DNA of 62,349 nt, filler included, from Sluysia triapertura (GCA_046118255.1; 5 parts of 5 records of this genome joined end to end with filler, not necessarily neighbours in it), one strand, 5' to 3'. Numbered from the whole stretch's first letter, positions 24,330-36,900 are shown. The notes: generated from the sequence alone by a model not told the origin. Numbers and translations are program-made.

Positions 24330-25090
24330 TGACCAACATGACCTACAATTATGTTTTGAATAAAATTGCGATGCTGTATCGATATATCGGTTTGGACATT
24401 TCAGGTGGTGCGTTTGTTGCTTGGATTCGGTCGCCTGCTTGTTTGGATCTAGATGCGATGATGAACCTACAGTTAAAAGTCTGGATTGTATATCAACGTA
24501 TTAGTTTGGCTCAGGATGTGATGCACTACGAATCGTTCGAACCGATTTCAAATTTCAAAATGCTGAGTTTCATTTCAAGTCCGTTACACAAGTGGCATTT
24601 CAAAATCAGAATAATACACCGATATATCGTTTTGGATATGACAGACGATGTATATCTTATCGAGATTATTAGCTTAGATGTTTAAAATGCTGTAAAACGT
24701 ATAATTTTTGTTCACAAAAGATCTCCTACTGGTTCAGACCCAGATACGGTGATAAATTGACTGTTTAGAATTGAGATTATTAGTTTAGATATTGATAATG
24801 TTATAAAACTTATAATTTTTGTTTACACAGGTCACCTACCAGTGCAGATACAGAAGCTGTGACGAACCTACTTTTCGAAATTGAAAATATGTTATATAAA
24901 TTTATTAGGAAATATTGTTTTTCTTTTTACTATGACGAATATTTTAAATATCGTAAAACTTGTTAACAATGATTATTTGTCTTCTTTTAAAATCACTCCA
25001 TATATTGTGTACGAGAGAACGCAAGAATCTTCACATTCACGCACCAATACTTAAATTGTAAAAGGCAGACCACACCGACGCATAAATTAA
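24330..25090 (+). pseudogene. Disrupted gene of unknown function with internal duplications
   Basis: ORF 24329-24685 continues through stops; ~112-bp tandem duplication near 24660-24885 (IEIISLDV../IEIISLDI..) and repeated RYIxLD segments. Confidence 0.45.
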
Positions 25091-25429
25091 GATATAATAA
25101 TTTTATTTTAATAATGGCATGGTCTGCTATCTCAACCATAGAGATTATAATACTCCGATCCATTGTTCAAAGATACAGCCGTATGCATAATTTTCGCATA
25201 AGTTTTAGTACCTTTCATGATTTTAAATTTCGTTTCTTAATGATTAGTGAATTTTTACATTAGATAAAACTCATTGCTTTCTATGAAAGAATGAACTGTT
25301 TCATCGTGATAGCGCCATTGGAGTGGAGGTTGTCGATTTTAGAACTCCAAAACAAAATTTGTTTTATGGTCCTGGCGGTCACATATACATTACGAAGAAT
25401 CTTGGTCCAGGCTTCAAATCTCCATCACG

Positions 25430-25741
25430 TAATATGTTATTATTTTGTTTTCTTCAAAATTGACATGTGAACAATGTTATTTTATGCTTTTGTTTTGTGT
25501 TTGTGATAAATAAAGTCTTCATTATTTGTGTAATTATGATTTCAATACTGATAATAATAATAATAATATTAATAATAATAATAATAAATGTTCTGTGTGC
25601 ACTAAGCAGTCAATTAATACCTTTATAAACGTGTATGATAATCTGAATTTTAATGAATTTCATAAAATACATAGAGTTAAAAATAAAATACCATTCAGAA
25701 TATTATTGCATCAAATTAAATTTAATATCCTGTCATTTTAA
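25430..25741 (+). pseudogene. Decayed RING-variant/PHD-like finger gene with an Asn (AAT) expansion
   Basis: With frameshifts reads ICYY..VILCFC..CDK*SLHYLC..(N)n..KCSVC, i.e. C4HC3-like ligand order. Confidence 0.35.
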
Positions 25742-25778
<37 letters not shown>

Positions 25779-26465
25779 TATAATATAATGAAAAATTTAT
25801 GTGTTATGTTATTTAATATGAAAACAGCTTTCTGTATTTGTCTGAATTAAACTTTAAATTTAATACCTTACTTCCAAAATATTCGTAACTTTAATCGAAA
25901 TAATAATCGGTGCTTAATATCTGTCGCCATTCTATCCAAAAACACGTTTTAAAGTCTATTTCTTGTGTAGATAACATTTGTAAACAATTTTAGACAAATA
26001 TATTTGTAAGCTAGTTCTATTTGTAAATTAGTTCTATAATTTTGTAAATATAAATATTATTAATTTTTGAAAACATAAATTTTATTGTAATTTTTAATAA
26101 TTGTAGAATAATTACAAATATTAGTTCTAACAATTATGTAAATCAAAATAATCGCAATTAATCACTAATAGTTAATATTATTTATGTAAATTATGATTAT
26201 TAATTAGTGATAATTAACGTTTGGTAATTTTAATATAAAAACGTAAAAAACGTATAAAATTAAAAAATAATTTTAATTACAAACAGGAGTAATATTAAGT
26301 AAGCTAATATAAACATATGCATTGATAGGTTTTGCATCAAAATCCTACTTAAACTCACATTTATTAACAAATAGATTAATTAATTAAAATCTTAATTAAC
26401 TTAATTAAGAAAAATTACGTTTTTGTGAATAACTTTTGAATTCGGAATGCTATGTTAAATTCAAG

Positions 26466-26565
26466 NNNNNNNNNNNNNNNNNNNNNNNNNNNNNNNNNNN
26501 NNNNNNNNNTTAATTAATTAANNNNNNNNNNNNNNNNNNNNNNNNNNNNNNNNNNNNNNNNNNNN
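26466..26565. other. Artificial contig-joining linker
   Basis: Same 100-nt linker. Confidence 0.97.
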
Positions 26566-26717
26566 GGCTAATAATAAGTGGTAATATCATCACACTTAAC
26601 AGATTTAGTCAAATGTTTTTCTAAAATTTACATACCTTGTTTGTAATGTTTTGCATTAAGGCTTGCAAAATTACAATCTTTAGCATAAATGATTTTTTAT
26701 TGAAGAAAAATATTTTC

Positions 26718-26837
26718 TGTAGTGAACTCCAGATCAACTCATGACAATCACAAACAAACACCAACACAAATCAACATTTCTTACATAAAAAATTACTAAA
26801 CAAATTACTTAATACATACCAAAGTTGAGTCACCCCA
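26718..26837 (+). mobile_element. Short solo-LTR-like element
   Basis: TGTAGTGAACTC...GAGTCACCCCA imperfect TG..CA inverted ends around a G-poor body; the identical 12-mer TGTAGTGAACTC also precedes the G-poor tract at 2860. Confidence 0.5.
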
Positions 26838-28105
26838 GTAGTGATTTTTTTAATTATAACTTTGAAGTAATAATAAAATTATATATTGAAGATATTTTGT
26901 TTAAATAATAATTGGTTTTAATAGAAGTGTTGTTAATTGGAAAGAGCTTTTCTTTGTTAATGATTATTTCTGATCGTAATAAACAAATCAGTTTAGTGTG
27001 AGCTTGGAAGCAGCTTCTAATTTATCAATAATTATTATTTCTTACCAAAATTAATAGGGCTATCGAAGTCCATAATTAATTTCACCTTTTTTTTATTCGA
27101 ATCGTAATTATTTTTGTTTGTTTTTTGCGTGATAATATAGCATTTTACAGCGCGTTATATATCGCAATTTTCAAAATGGGCGTTACACCATAATAAAACT
27201 TTATTTTCGAAAATGTACGGGCTTACGCTCTAAAATTAAAACAATTTATGCAGAAAATATGGGCGTTATTATTATTATTATATTATAAGATAATTTGTTA
27301 TTACTTTATTATTATCAATCAAGTCCTGAGATGTCTTTAAGTTTATATTTTTAAAATTTGATGTTTTATTATCTTAATTCTCTTTATGACAGTTTTCCAA
27401 ATCGTGAATTTCTTTGACTCGTTTCTTATTTTGCAGAGTTGGAGGTGCTGTGTTTGTAGCATGGCTGAGTTGTTTATCCATTTCCTACAAATATAGTACC
27501 AAACTCTAAATTAAGTTATATTGCTCAAAACTAAAAATTCTGGCTAAAATTACACTTAAAAACTTCTTTTTGTATTTTCAAATATTTTAATTTTGATTTT
27601 ATATTATTTTATTTTATTACAATAAACTGCACTCACTGAAAATTGTTCCAATACATGCTCCAGATGTGATGATAATGATAATCATCAAATTTGTACTTTT
27701 ATTATAACTACAATATTTTATAAATTGATAATGTTTTTCACAACTATATTTCTATTCAAATTTCTAATGTTTTATGGCCAATGACATACAAAATAATGCA
27801 TTTGAAATTAATTATGGAATAATAATTAATTTATGATTCATTTTAAGTATTAAATTTGTAAGTATTGAAGGGTTTGAAAATATCTTGAAAGAATTGAATA
27901 TACCAAGAAAACGTTATAAAATTGTTTGAAAGATATTATACTAAATCTTTGTCTTTGAATTTGATTGTTTCTAAAAATATATATTGTTCAATTTTTTGAC
28001 CAACCTTATTACTCTTATGTATTTATAAACGCCTCTTTTTACATGAAATAATTATAAGTATAATAATTATATATTTAATTTATATGAAGTATTAAATATT
28101 TTTAG

Positions 28106-28252
28106 TTATGTATTAGTTCATCGCACAAAGCACTTATTAAATACCTTGAATCCTGAATGGCCACAAATTTCCTTGACTATGAATGAACTGTGTCTTGGTG
28201 ATGAAGAGAGACTGTTAAGAATTATATGCTATGACTGGAATTCTGATGGAAG
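28106..28252 (+). CDS. Exon of a copine-family gene (second C2 domain); other exons not located
   Basis: YVLVHRTKHLLNTLNPEWPQISLTMNELCLGDEERLLRIICYDWNSDG matches the copine C2B pattern VHRTEVIKNTLNPxW...LC.GD......CYDW..DG; flanked by tttag and gt. Confidence 0.8.
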
Positions 28253-28869
28253 GTTTATTTATATGCTCTGATATTTAATTATTTAATTATTCTAAAATAG
28301 AGTATTTCAAAAGAAACACAATTTTTATTGAAGATAATAACAAATTTCAGGAATTAATGTTTAAAAAGTTCACAGTAGTTGTTGAAAATGTCCTCTTTTA
28401 AACACAACTTTTAAACGAGAGACGAAATTGTTTTGATTTTTTCTGATGGAGAACATTGCATACGTTTTCAAATTTCTCAACCAATCGTTAGATACTTTGG
28501 TTGAATTTTTGGTTGTGTTGCTTAAATTTTAAATTGTTTACTTAATAGCGTTTGATAAATATTGCTGGCTTAAATATTACAAAGGCTGTTTTTCTTTTTT
28601 CATTTTCTTTACTCAAATGTGTTGAAAGAAATCAAATTATCCTGATTTATGTGTTACTACATAAAATTTATATATAAGTACATATTATAATGTAATGATT
28701 TTGCATTTTAAATTAAATATTAAAATAAATAATAAATAAATAATAAATTAAATATTAAATTTGAAAAATAAATAATAAGCAGTAATATACCGTAGTAAAC
28801 CATCAAATATTCAAGAATATATTAAGAAAAATCAAACATAAATACATCAACGTAACTACTTTTTTATAT

Positions 28870-29400
28870 TCAGAAATGCATAAAATTTATTAGCCTCAAA
28901 TTCTTTTTTACAGAATATATAAATAATTTTACTATTTCCAAAAGTTTCGATGATAAGATTCTAAACTATATTTTGTCTTTAAGTAAAACATTAACAAAGA
29001 AAGAATTTAAATTAAACAATGAAAATATGTACATTCTTAGTTGAAATGAAAAATGTCCAAAATGGCAGAAATATTTTCTTCAAACGACTTACCAAAAATT
29101 CTTTAAAATCTAATCTCAAATACAAAATTAATAAAAGAATCACTAATACATCACATTAATTTAGAAATACTCAATAAAGCAATTAAAATGAATTTTCAAA
29201 AAGTAAAAATACAAAATAATAATAAAATTTATAAAATGTATATAAAGAAACTTTAAAAGCACACATTAAAAATACGTATAAAAATAATAATTGAAGGGGA
29301 ATACCTTTCGGAAGCAAACGTTATTGGAAAAAATAGCAACTTGATCTAATAGGTAAAATAGGCTTAGTGAATATATCATTTGTTACAGTTCATATAGATC
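28870..29400 (+). mobile_element. Possible Helitron/Helentron Rep remnant
   Basis: GIPFGSKRYWKK*QLDLIGKIG...FVTV resembles the GSxxYW..DL....G....F.T motif that precedes the HUH core; highly decayed. Confidence 0.3.
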
Positions 29401-30221
29401 ATTTGACTATTGAAGTTACTGCTTCTTTAGAAATTATTTTGTTTTATGGTCAGTGAACAAAAGTTTTAGAATACTTATTTAGATATTTCGTTTCTTTTTT
29501 ATGGTTTTGGGTTTTTTCAGTTTTCAAAATAAGATAAAATATGGACAAATGTAGGATTAAGAAGTGAAGGAAAAAATTATTGGGAAATTTCAAAACTGAT
29601 GAATATATTTGTGTGGTCTTACATTTATCTACTATTAATGTTATTTAAAATTCCATTCTTAAATACATAATAACCAAATTAATGTTAAAATGATTTATCA
29701 AATATTTTGATTAATAATGGCATCACTGTCATACAAAATCAATTAATGGATTCGACTGCAATGTTCACTTAAATATTTACGACTGAAATTTTAGTTAAAC
29801 ATTCTCATCTCACGAAATTTCCTGCAATATACTAATCTACTTATATGTAAAATGAATTATTTATATTTCTGTACTTTAAAAATCAACATATTTTATCTAT
29901 TCATCGAAATAGTAAATGCGTATTTTTGTGATAGACAGAAAGTTAAAAGATATTGTAACTCATTAAGATAAATATGAATACATTATATATTAAACAATTT
30001 AATAAAATATTATATAATATAACATAAATATTACAGTTAATATTTAATTTAGTTCTGATTTTATTGGTGATTTTTTTACCAGTGTTGAAGATTTATCAAA
30101 GAATGTTTCAAAATTGGATTATTATAAAGTTATATTTATTATAAATTGAATACATTTTTAGTTAATAAATTTTAAAAAATGTCACAAAAAACATTACGAT
30201 AACTCTGGATGTGTTAGTTAC

Positions 30222-30233
30222 TATTATTATTAC

Positions 30234-30293
<60 letters not shown>

Positions 30294-30302
30294 TACTATT
30301 AT
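30222..30302. repeat. (ATT)n microsatellite
   Basis: Direct reading. Confidence 0.95.
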
Positions 30303-30449
30303 GAACTTATCTTAATTATTTTGAACAAAGATTTTATTGCTCTTTTTACGATAAAGACTTTTTTCTATTAAGAAATTATGAAAAATGGTTAAAAAAGATT
30401 AACACGTATAATTTTATTATTCTTAAATACAAAGCAAAGTTTTAATTTT

Positions 30450-31699
30450 AATACTTTTCTTCTATGCACATCAAGCAGCCTCATCAGTAATTGGACGTCT
30501 AAAATAAAATAAAAAATGAATTAAAGGTCGGACGAATAAAAAAATTAATTACATTATAAAACAGGATCTCGTTGTGTTTCTTTGTGCTTACTTCTGTTAA
30601 TTTCTTTTGGATAAATTCGCGTTCGGTTTGGTTATGTACATAACTTCGGTTGCACGATTGACAGATAACTGTTCTCATCGATTTAACAATGTCTAGACTC
30701 TCTTCTGTAGGACTGATTGTAGCGTTGACATATTTTACGATTAGACATGAATTATTATAGGTTTTCTGTAAACATTCAGTGGAAATATCTAGATTATCGC
30801 CGTTCGTAACAAAACTATTCTCTAATTCAAATTGAAGACTGTCTAGAATCATCTAAATTCAGCAATTGACATGGTGCACAATCCGTAGTAGTGCTTTGTG
30901 AAGTAACCTTAAAATGGTTTTCAATCATTATTTCATCATGATCAGGTTGAATTTTCAAATCATGTGTTATCAACATTGGATATTTACATTTTGTAATAGT
31001 CGTAACAATAGGTTTCGAATTAAGTAACTGCATCAACATTTCATATTCATGAACAAACATATTGATTATTGATACCATAACAGTATTTTTCTTTTTAAGG
31101 AACCAATTTGTCAAGTTCCAAGTCGTGGTCAAATTCTAACTCTAACGAACATGCCGGAATTGTTGCCCAATAAGGATAATCTTTATAAGTATTTGACGAT
31201 GATTGGTTTTTTAAATAAATACCAAGACAACACATTGAAGGACATGAACCATTTTGAGTTATTACCAACAGAGCATTAATCAGACAAATATGTAATTCCA
31301 GTTTATCTTTACTGTCATAAAATCGAAAAGCATCGTAAACTGGGATTATCATTAGTTGTAACTCTATGATAGAAACCATTTGTAGTGTTTGTAGAATCAA
31401 GATCTAAAATTTGGTAAAGGAAAAATCGACAGTGATTGAGTCTATTACGCAATGACATAGATGCTGCTTGATCAGTTGTATTTATTGTGTTGATATTAGT
31501 TTGATTTTTGGAATCAGTATGTATGTATAACGAATTGATCCATGAGATCGAATTGTACTAATGTATGACGGCTTCCACTCGAATAAGTATGCTGAAATTC
31601 TGAAAGGTAAGGATTATTTTTACTAATGATAGATTTTTTCTATGGTTTCACATAAAAAATAATTGAGAGAGTAGAAGAATCATGTAGTTTTTCATCCAT
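30450..31699 (-). pseudogene. Frameshifted ~400-codon gene, probable paralog of the CCCH family (copy A)
   Basis: ATG at 31699; three overlapping ORFs (31095-31400, 30827-31132, 30499-30852) linked by frameshifts; putative short 5' intron and terminal intron as in copies B and C; MRTVICQSCNRSYVH sits where the finger is expected. Confidence 0.5.
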
Positions 31700-32589
31700 T
31701 TTGTTTGGCGTTATAAATACTTTTTAAAATTCTTAAAAACTTTTATTTTTTAATTATAAAGTTACTTTACAAAATTTTGTATACAACATTAACTTGATTG
31801 GCCGACCAATCAGAAAACGCAAAAATTAATGATCAGTATAACACTGATTGGACGACCAATATTAAAGATTAAAAGATGAGCCACCATCAATGTTGACATG
31901 AATTCATATACAGTAATCAACAATGTCAGCATTGGTGATGGTAGATACTGATTTAGATAGTATATAAAATTAATGAAGGTTAATATTAATAATAATAACA
32001 ATAATGTTGGTATCATTACCAATACTAATTAAAAATAAAATATTTAAAGTGCATAAATTCTTTGTGAAGATCTATACATGAACTTTCTTTAATAATCTTT
32101 AATTTCTTAACATATTGAAAATTAGAGGCGAAGAAAGAATATGATATTTTATGATTAAGATATTTTATAAGATATATTATGATTGACAATAAAGTTCTAA
32201 TGTCAACTCTTTATTGTTAAAATAGCATTACAAGTTTAAATGTTATCGAAATGTATTTGATTATGGCCTAAATACCTTGAAATATTATTGTTGTGTTGTT
32301 CTGTAATGAGAGATACCTTACTTTGAATACTTTTTAATGTAGTTTTATAATTTAAAGTGTTATTATAGTTTATATAGATGAATTGTTTTGATGAACGTAA
32401 AGAAGATAAATGTGATATTGCTAAAATGTTAAGGAGTATAATATTATGTAGAATGTGTTGATTTGATGATTTTTGTAATGTAAAAAAGAAGGTGATTTTT
32501 ATAAAATTGAAAGGTTGACATTTAACTGTCATTTATTGACAGAAATTAACTTAGAAACCGTACACAGTGTATAATATACAATTTATTAC

Positions 32590-33953
32590 TCCAAAAGCAA
32601 TTCACACTCAGAACAGACCACACATATTTACAATGAAAAACCTTACCTCAAGACAACAACAGCATTTCAACTTCAACATAGAATTCATTCCTGGACAATA
32701 AAATGTGGTCGCCGATGCCTTATCACGTGTAGGTTTTACAGCATGGAATTCCAGTCAATATTCACTGTCGAAAAATCACAAAACAATTCACCATGTAGTC
32801 TAGAAATTTCTAATTTTCAATAAAACCGTCACTACACTGGAATTTTCTACGATTACCAATTATCAGATACTTTTCTACCAGTGCTAGGACAACAGCTCCG
32901 AACCAAAGCTTTTCAATATATTCATAACATGACACACGCGGAGCTAAAGCCACATATGAAGTACTACACTCAAAAGTAGTATGCCCTTCAATGTGCCAAG
33001 ACATCAAAGACTGGTACAAATCATGTTTAACTTGTCAATCTGTGAAGATTCATAAAACCGTAAACGCTTCACTTACCCACTGGCCGACTTTATATACAAT
33101 ACAAATGGACAAAGTCGGTCCCCTAACACAATTTCGTTGTTACACAGCAGATGGCCAGAAGAGTTTCCAATCAGATCAATTATAACGGACGCCATATCCA
33201 GAATTCTAATAATAAACTAGATTTCACGCTTCGGTGTACCAAGAAGGAGCCCAATTGGAGTCTATCCTTTTCAATAATCTGCTTAAACAACTAGGCAGTG
33301 CTAGACTACGAACAACTTCATACCATCCACAGTCCAACGGTATGATAGAGATTCCATAGAACTCTCAAAAACTCCTTACGTGCACTATAAATATACGATA
33401 AGTGGGTTTATGCACTACCTTTAATTTTACTAGGTTAGCGAAATATCCCTCATTCTTCAACTGGAAATTCACCAGCTCAAATAGTTTTAAGAACTAATAC
33501 TAAATAACCCTTCGAACTATTCGAAAACGACAATCACCACTCCTGCGGCAATACTTCAATGAATTAAATAAGACAACTCGTCACAATGAGAATCCTCATA
33601 TATACATTCCTAAAAACATCAGTGATAGCAAATTCATATGGCTGAAACTAGAAAATCCAAAATCTCTTCAACCAAGATACACGGTCCGTATAAAGTCATC
33701 CAATTCAATTCAAATAACAATATAGCTTCAATTGATATCGATGGAAAGTCTAAAACAGTTAACTGATGTAAGCTTAAACCAGCTATAACTCTAGTTGAAG
33801 AAGATTTTCCATTTACACCAACAAAGAAATCGGTAACCTTCAATAATACAACGACTGTATTAAACGAACAAGGTCTACACAAAATTCAATTGAACATCGT
33901 ATACCCACACTAATATTAACTATCCGTCTCTCCGTGTCTTCAAAGGTAGCTGA
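32590..33953 (+). mobile_element. Gypsy pol remnant (end of RNase H, integrase) ending in a PPT-like tract
   Basis: IEFIPGQ*NVVADALSR; HHCC zinc domain (IHNMTHAG..WYKSCLTCQ); MDKVGPL; ISRFGVP; TTSYHPQSNGMIE; LQPRYTGPYKVI; purine-rich AAAGGTAGCTGA immediately before TGTGGTGG. Confidence 0.93.
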
Positions 33954-34320
33954 TGTGGTGGCCAACCTTTAGCTTGAAATTCAAAATAATTATTTTAATT
34001 TCAATATCACATTATTAACATATTATATTTTACTTTTCAGAATTTATCAAAACCTTTGTCACATTTCAAAATATTCTAAATTTACAACTTAACAACATCA
34101 AAACTATATCTTCATTTAAACCATTAACGTACATTTCAAATTTCAGTCAAAACGTTTTAACCCACAATTTTACAACATTCGAATCACAATATACACCTTA
34201 AATTATCAAACATATTTTAAAACACATTTCAATTTCTCAATCCGTTCACACTCAAGTATGTTCACCTTTTATAAAAAATTTTAAGTTCATACATCTCAAT
34301 CATTTTAACACTTCAGGTTA
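33954..34320 (+). mobile_element. Gypsy 3' LTR (right end approximate)
   Basis: Starts TGTGGTGGCCAACC right after the PPT-like tract; strongly G-poor body; the same start (TGTAGTGGCCAACC) recurs on the minus strand at 40101. Confidence 0.7.
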
Positions 34321-34957
34321 ACAAACTTCATTGAATTAAAATTATTTAGTTATATGTGAGAAATAAGACAATTAAAAGAAAGATTATGTATCAAAGAAAT
34401 TTAAAGAATTATACATTTTAATTATTATTACTATTTTTTTCAAATTATTATTACCATTTAATTAACGCTACCATTTTGAACAATAATCCAATTACTACAT
34501 TCTATCACCAGTCGACAGTAATTCAATTAAGTTAAATCAGCATTTCGTATAAACACACGACTGATGACAGTTACTGAGTGTACAGTATCATTTTTGCTTG
34601 TCACCATCCCTCTATGTCAGTTCTTTTAACTGCATTATGACAAACATACAGTTTTACAGTTTCATTGACACTAATATAGTAGTTCATTGGACGCCATATC
34701 AATTCTAGTTTTGGAAAATGTACTTTATGTTACTGTGATTGGACGTTCAATCAAAAGAGATATGACAATATGGTTCATTTAAGAAAATAACAAAATTTTT
34801 AGTACGCAATAATTGGTTTAAATCTATTTTTAAAAATTAATTATCCATACGTGCAATTTTAGTGTTATAAATTTTAATAAATAGTTAATACAAAGTGCGA
34901 ATAATTTTTAGTGCCAATTCACGTAAGAGACAAATTTAAGGTAATCTTAACCTAAGA

Positions 34958-36269
34958 ATGTTTTCTAAACAAAGATCACATCCAATTGTTTATGAAGATG
35001 CTTCGGGTTGGAATGAAATTAAAATAAACACGACAGAAAAATTAAACCAAGAGATGTCAAATAATTTTGAAACGTCCGATGATAAAGAAATAAAATCTTC
35101 TAATTTTCAGTTCATTGATTCATATCCTAGACGTAACACGTTATTTTGTCAATCTTCTACTATAATAAATTTATTTTCCAGACCATATTCTACCCTAGAC
35201 AAATGCGAAGTTCTAATTCAAATTAAACTAAATGTTGATGATTCATTTCTTAGTTTTTCGGTTTCTTCTTCAATGCTGAAAACATATTGCAATAAACAGT
35301 CATCATCAATTATGTCTCTAAATGATATAAGCAATTTCAATCAGTATACTGTACGAAATAATGAATTACCATGAGACATACACTCAAAACTTCATAAATT
35401 ATTGTGCCATTATATTTTCGTCAAAATTATACATAAAATCTTGTTTAAAAACGATGACTCAACTAATCTAAATTCTTGGGGATTTCTCCAGCCTTTGAAG
35501 GACTTTGTACAAGAAATTAATAGCAATACAATATTTTCATCAAGTATCGTAATCTCATGATTGTATTACATTTATAGTTAAAAGAAATTAATAGCTTAGG
35601 AATCGACTCTAACTTAGTGATTAAATTTTGTCACATCGTATTTACTAAATATTCCTCATTGCCTCAACGAATTCAGTGTGTGGAAATATTATTCTACGAA
35701 AGATAAAAGTATGAAAGGTAATACAATTCCTTCGGATTTCGACATATATAACATTGAAAATTCTCATGATAAAATCGCGGCAGATTACTCAATAGAACAT
35801 TATGTTACAAACAATTCCGCTACTTCAATCATCTCATCTATTACTTATGTTGTTCAAAGCCACAATATGGGAGTCTTTTAGAACAGCACAATGTCCACTC
35901 CAATCCAACAGACTATGTCAATGTAGCAAATTTGGACAATCATGTAAATTTTATCATACCATTAGTCAAATTAATAATATTAATACCAATCTAAATATCC
36001 TACACAACTACTTACAACGTCTCAATAATCTCATGAGTGACAAACCAAAGTAAATCAATAGATAATATGAATTATGAGAATGTTCCTGCAAATACTCAAA
36101 CTATTGCTTACACTACCGTCCTCGAACTTAAAGTAATATTAGTCTTTTATTTTAGAACGTTATTTAATCTTGATCACTTTTACTTCAGGAATCACCAACC
36201 AGAGAAGTGTACAGCTGTCTAGGATGCGAATATACTACCGAACATCAGGAGCGAATTACTAACAATTAA
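34958..36269 (+). pseudogene. Disrupted ~400-codon gene with an Unkempt-type CCCH zinc finger (family copy B)
   Basis: Collinear ORFs at 34958, 35678, 35802 and 36037; FRTAQCPLQSNRLCQCSKFGQSCKFYH (C-x9-C-x6-C-x3-H, 35892-35957); terminal GT-AG intron 36133-36188. Confidence 0.6.
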
Positions 36270-36604
36270 ACTTGATATAACCTTACATCTATGTATAAAA
36301 GAAACAAATTCATGTTTACTTTGTTCTATGTTTTATTCGTGATTTCATGTGTTTATAATTTTACTGATTTTAAACTGTGTAAATCTAAATTACAATAATA
36401 TAACTTTCGAATTGTTTTCTTCAAATTATAATGCAAGGATAACCTTATTAAAATCAGTCAAAATGATCTTTTATAAATCGATATTTTACAAACTTCTAAA
36501 ACCAATAACACTCCACAAATCAAACCCAAACTCATCTTAAATGCAAGTTTTAAAACACACATATCGTTCTATCTAAACTTGTAATTAATGATATTAATAA
36601 TTAC

Positions 36605-36900
36605 ATCAGTGATGGTGATATAATCGCTGATATTACTGATAAAAATATAGAAATGTTTTCTAGACTTGGTCGGGATGGCTTTTCTAAAAAAGTTTATATT
36701 AAAGTCGGATGGAAATTCAAGAACTATTTTGATTTGAATGGTAAGGTGTGGTTAGGTTTTTAAAGTTGCAAAGTTATGAGTCATCATATTATACAATGTT
36801 ATAACTGCCAATCTTTTGATCACGCGGCTCATAATTACAGATATAAATTAAATGATCCAACATGTTTATACTGTTCTAAAAACCAAAGACTTCCTATTTG
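36605..36900 (+). mobile_element. LINE ORF1 (Gag-like zinc knuckle) remnant
   Basis: GKVWLGF*SCKVMSHHIIQCYNCQSFDHAAHNY..PTCLYCSKN follows the pattern of non-LTR ORF1 zinc knuckles. Confidence 0.7.

Noticed and set aside
34923-34956. U12-type intron suggested by TCTTAAC/TCCTTAC near the acceptors of cassette genes
   Set aside because: No RTATCCTT donor is present.
30450-36269. Stop-codon reassignment or programmed frameshifting to explain the many broken ORFs
   Set aside because: Conserved genes read cleanly in the standard code and end in TGA and TAA; the lesions are a random mix of all three stops and indels, as in neutral decay.
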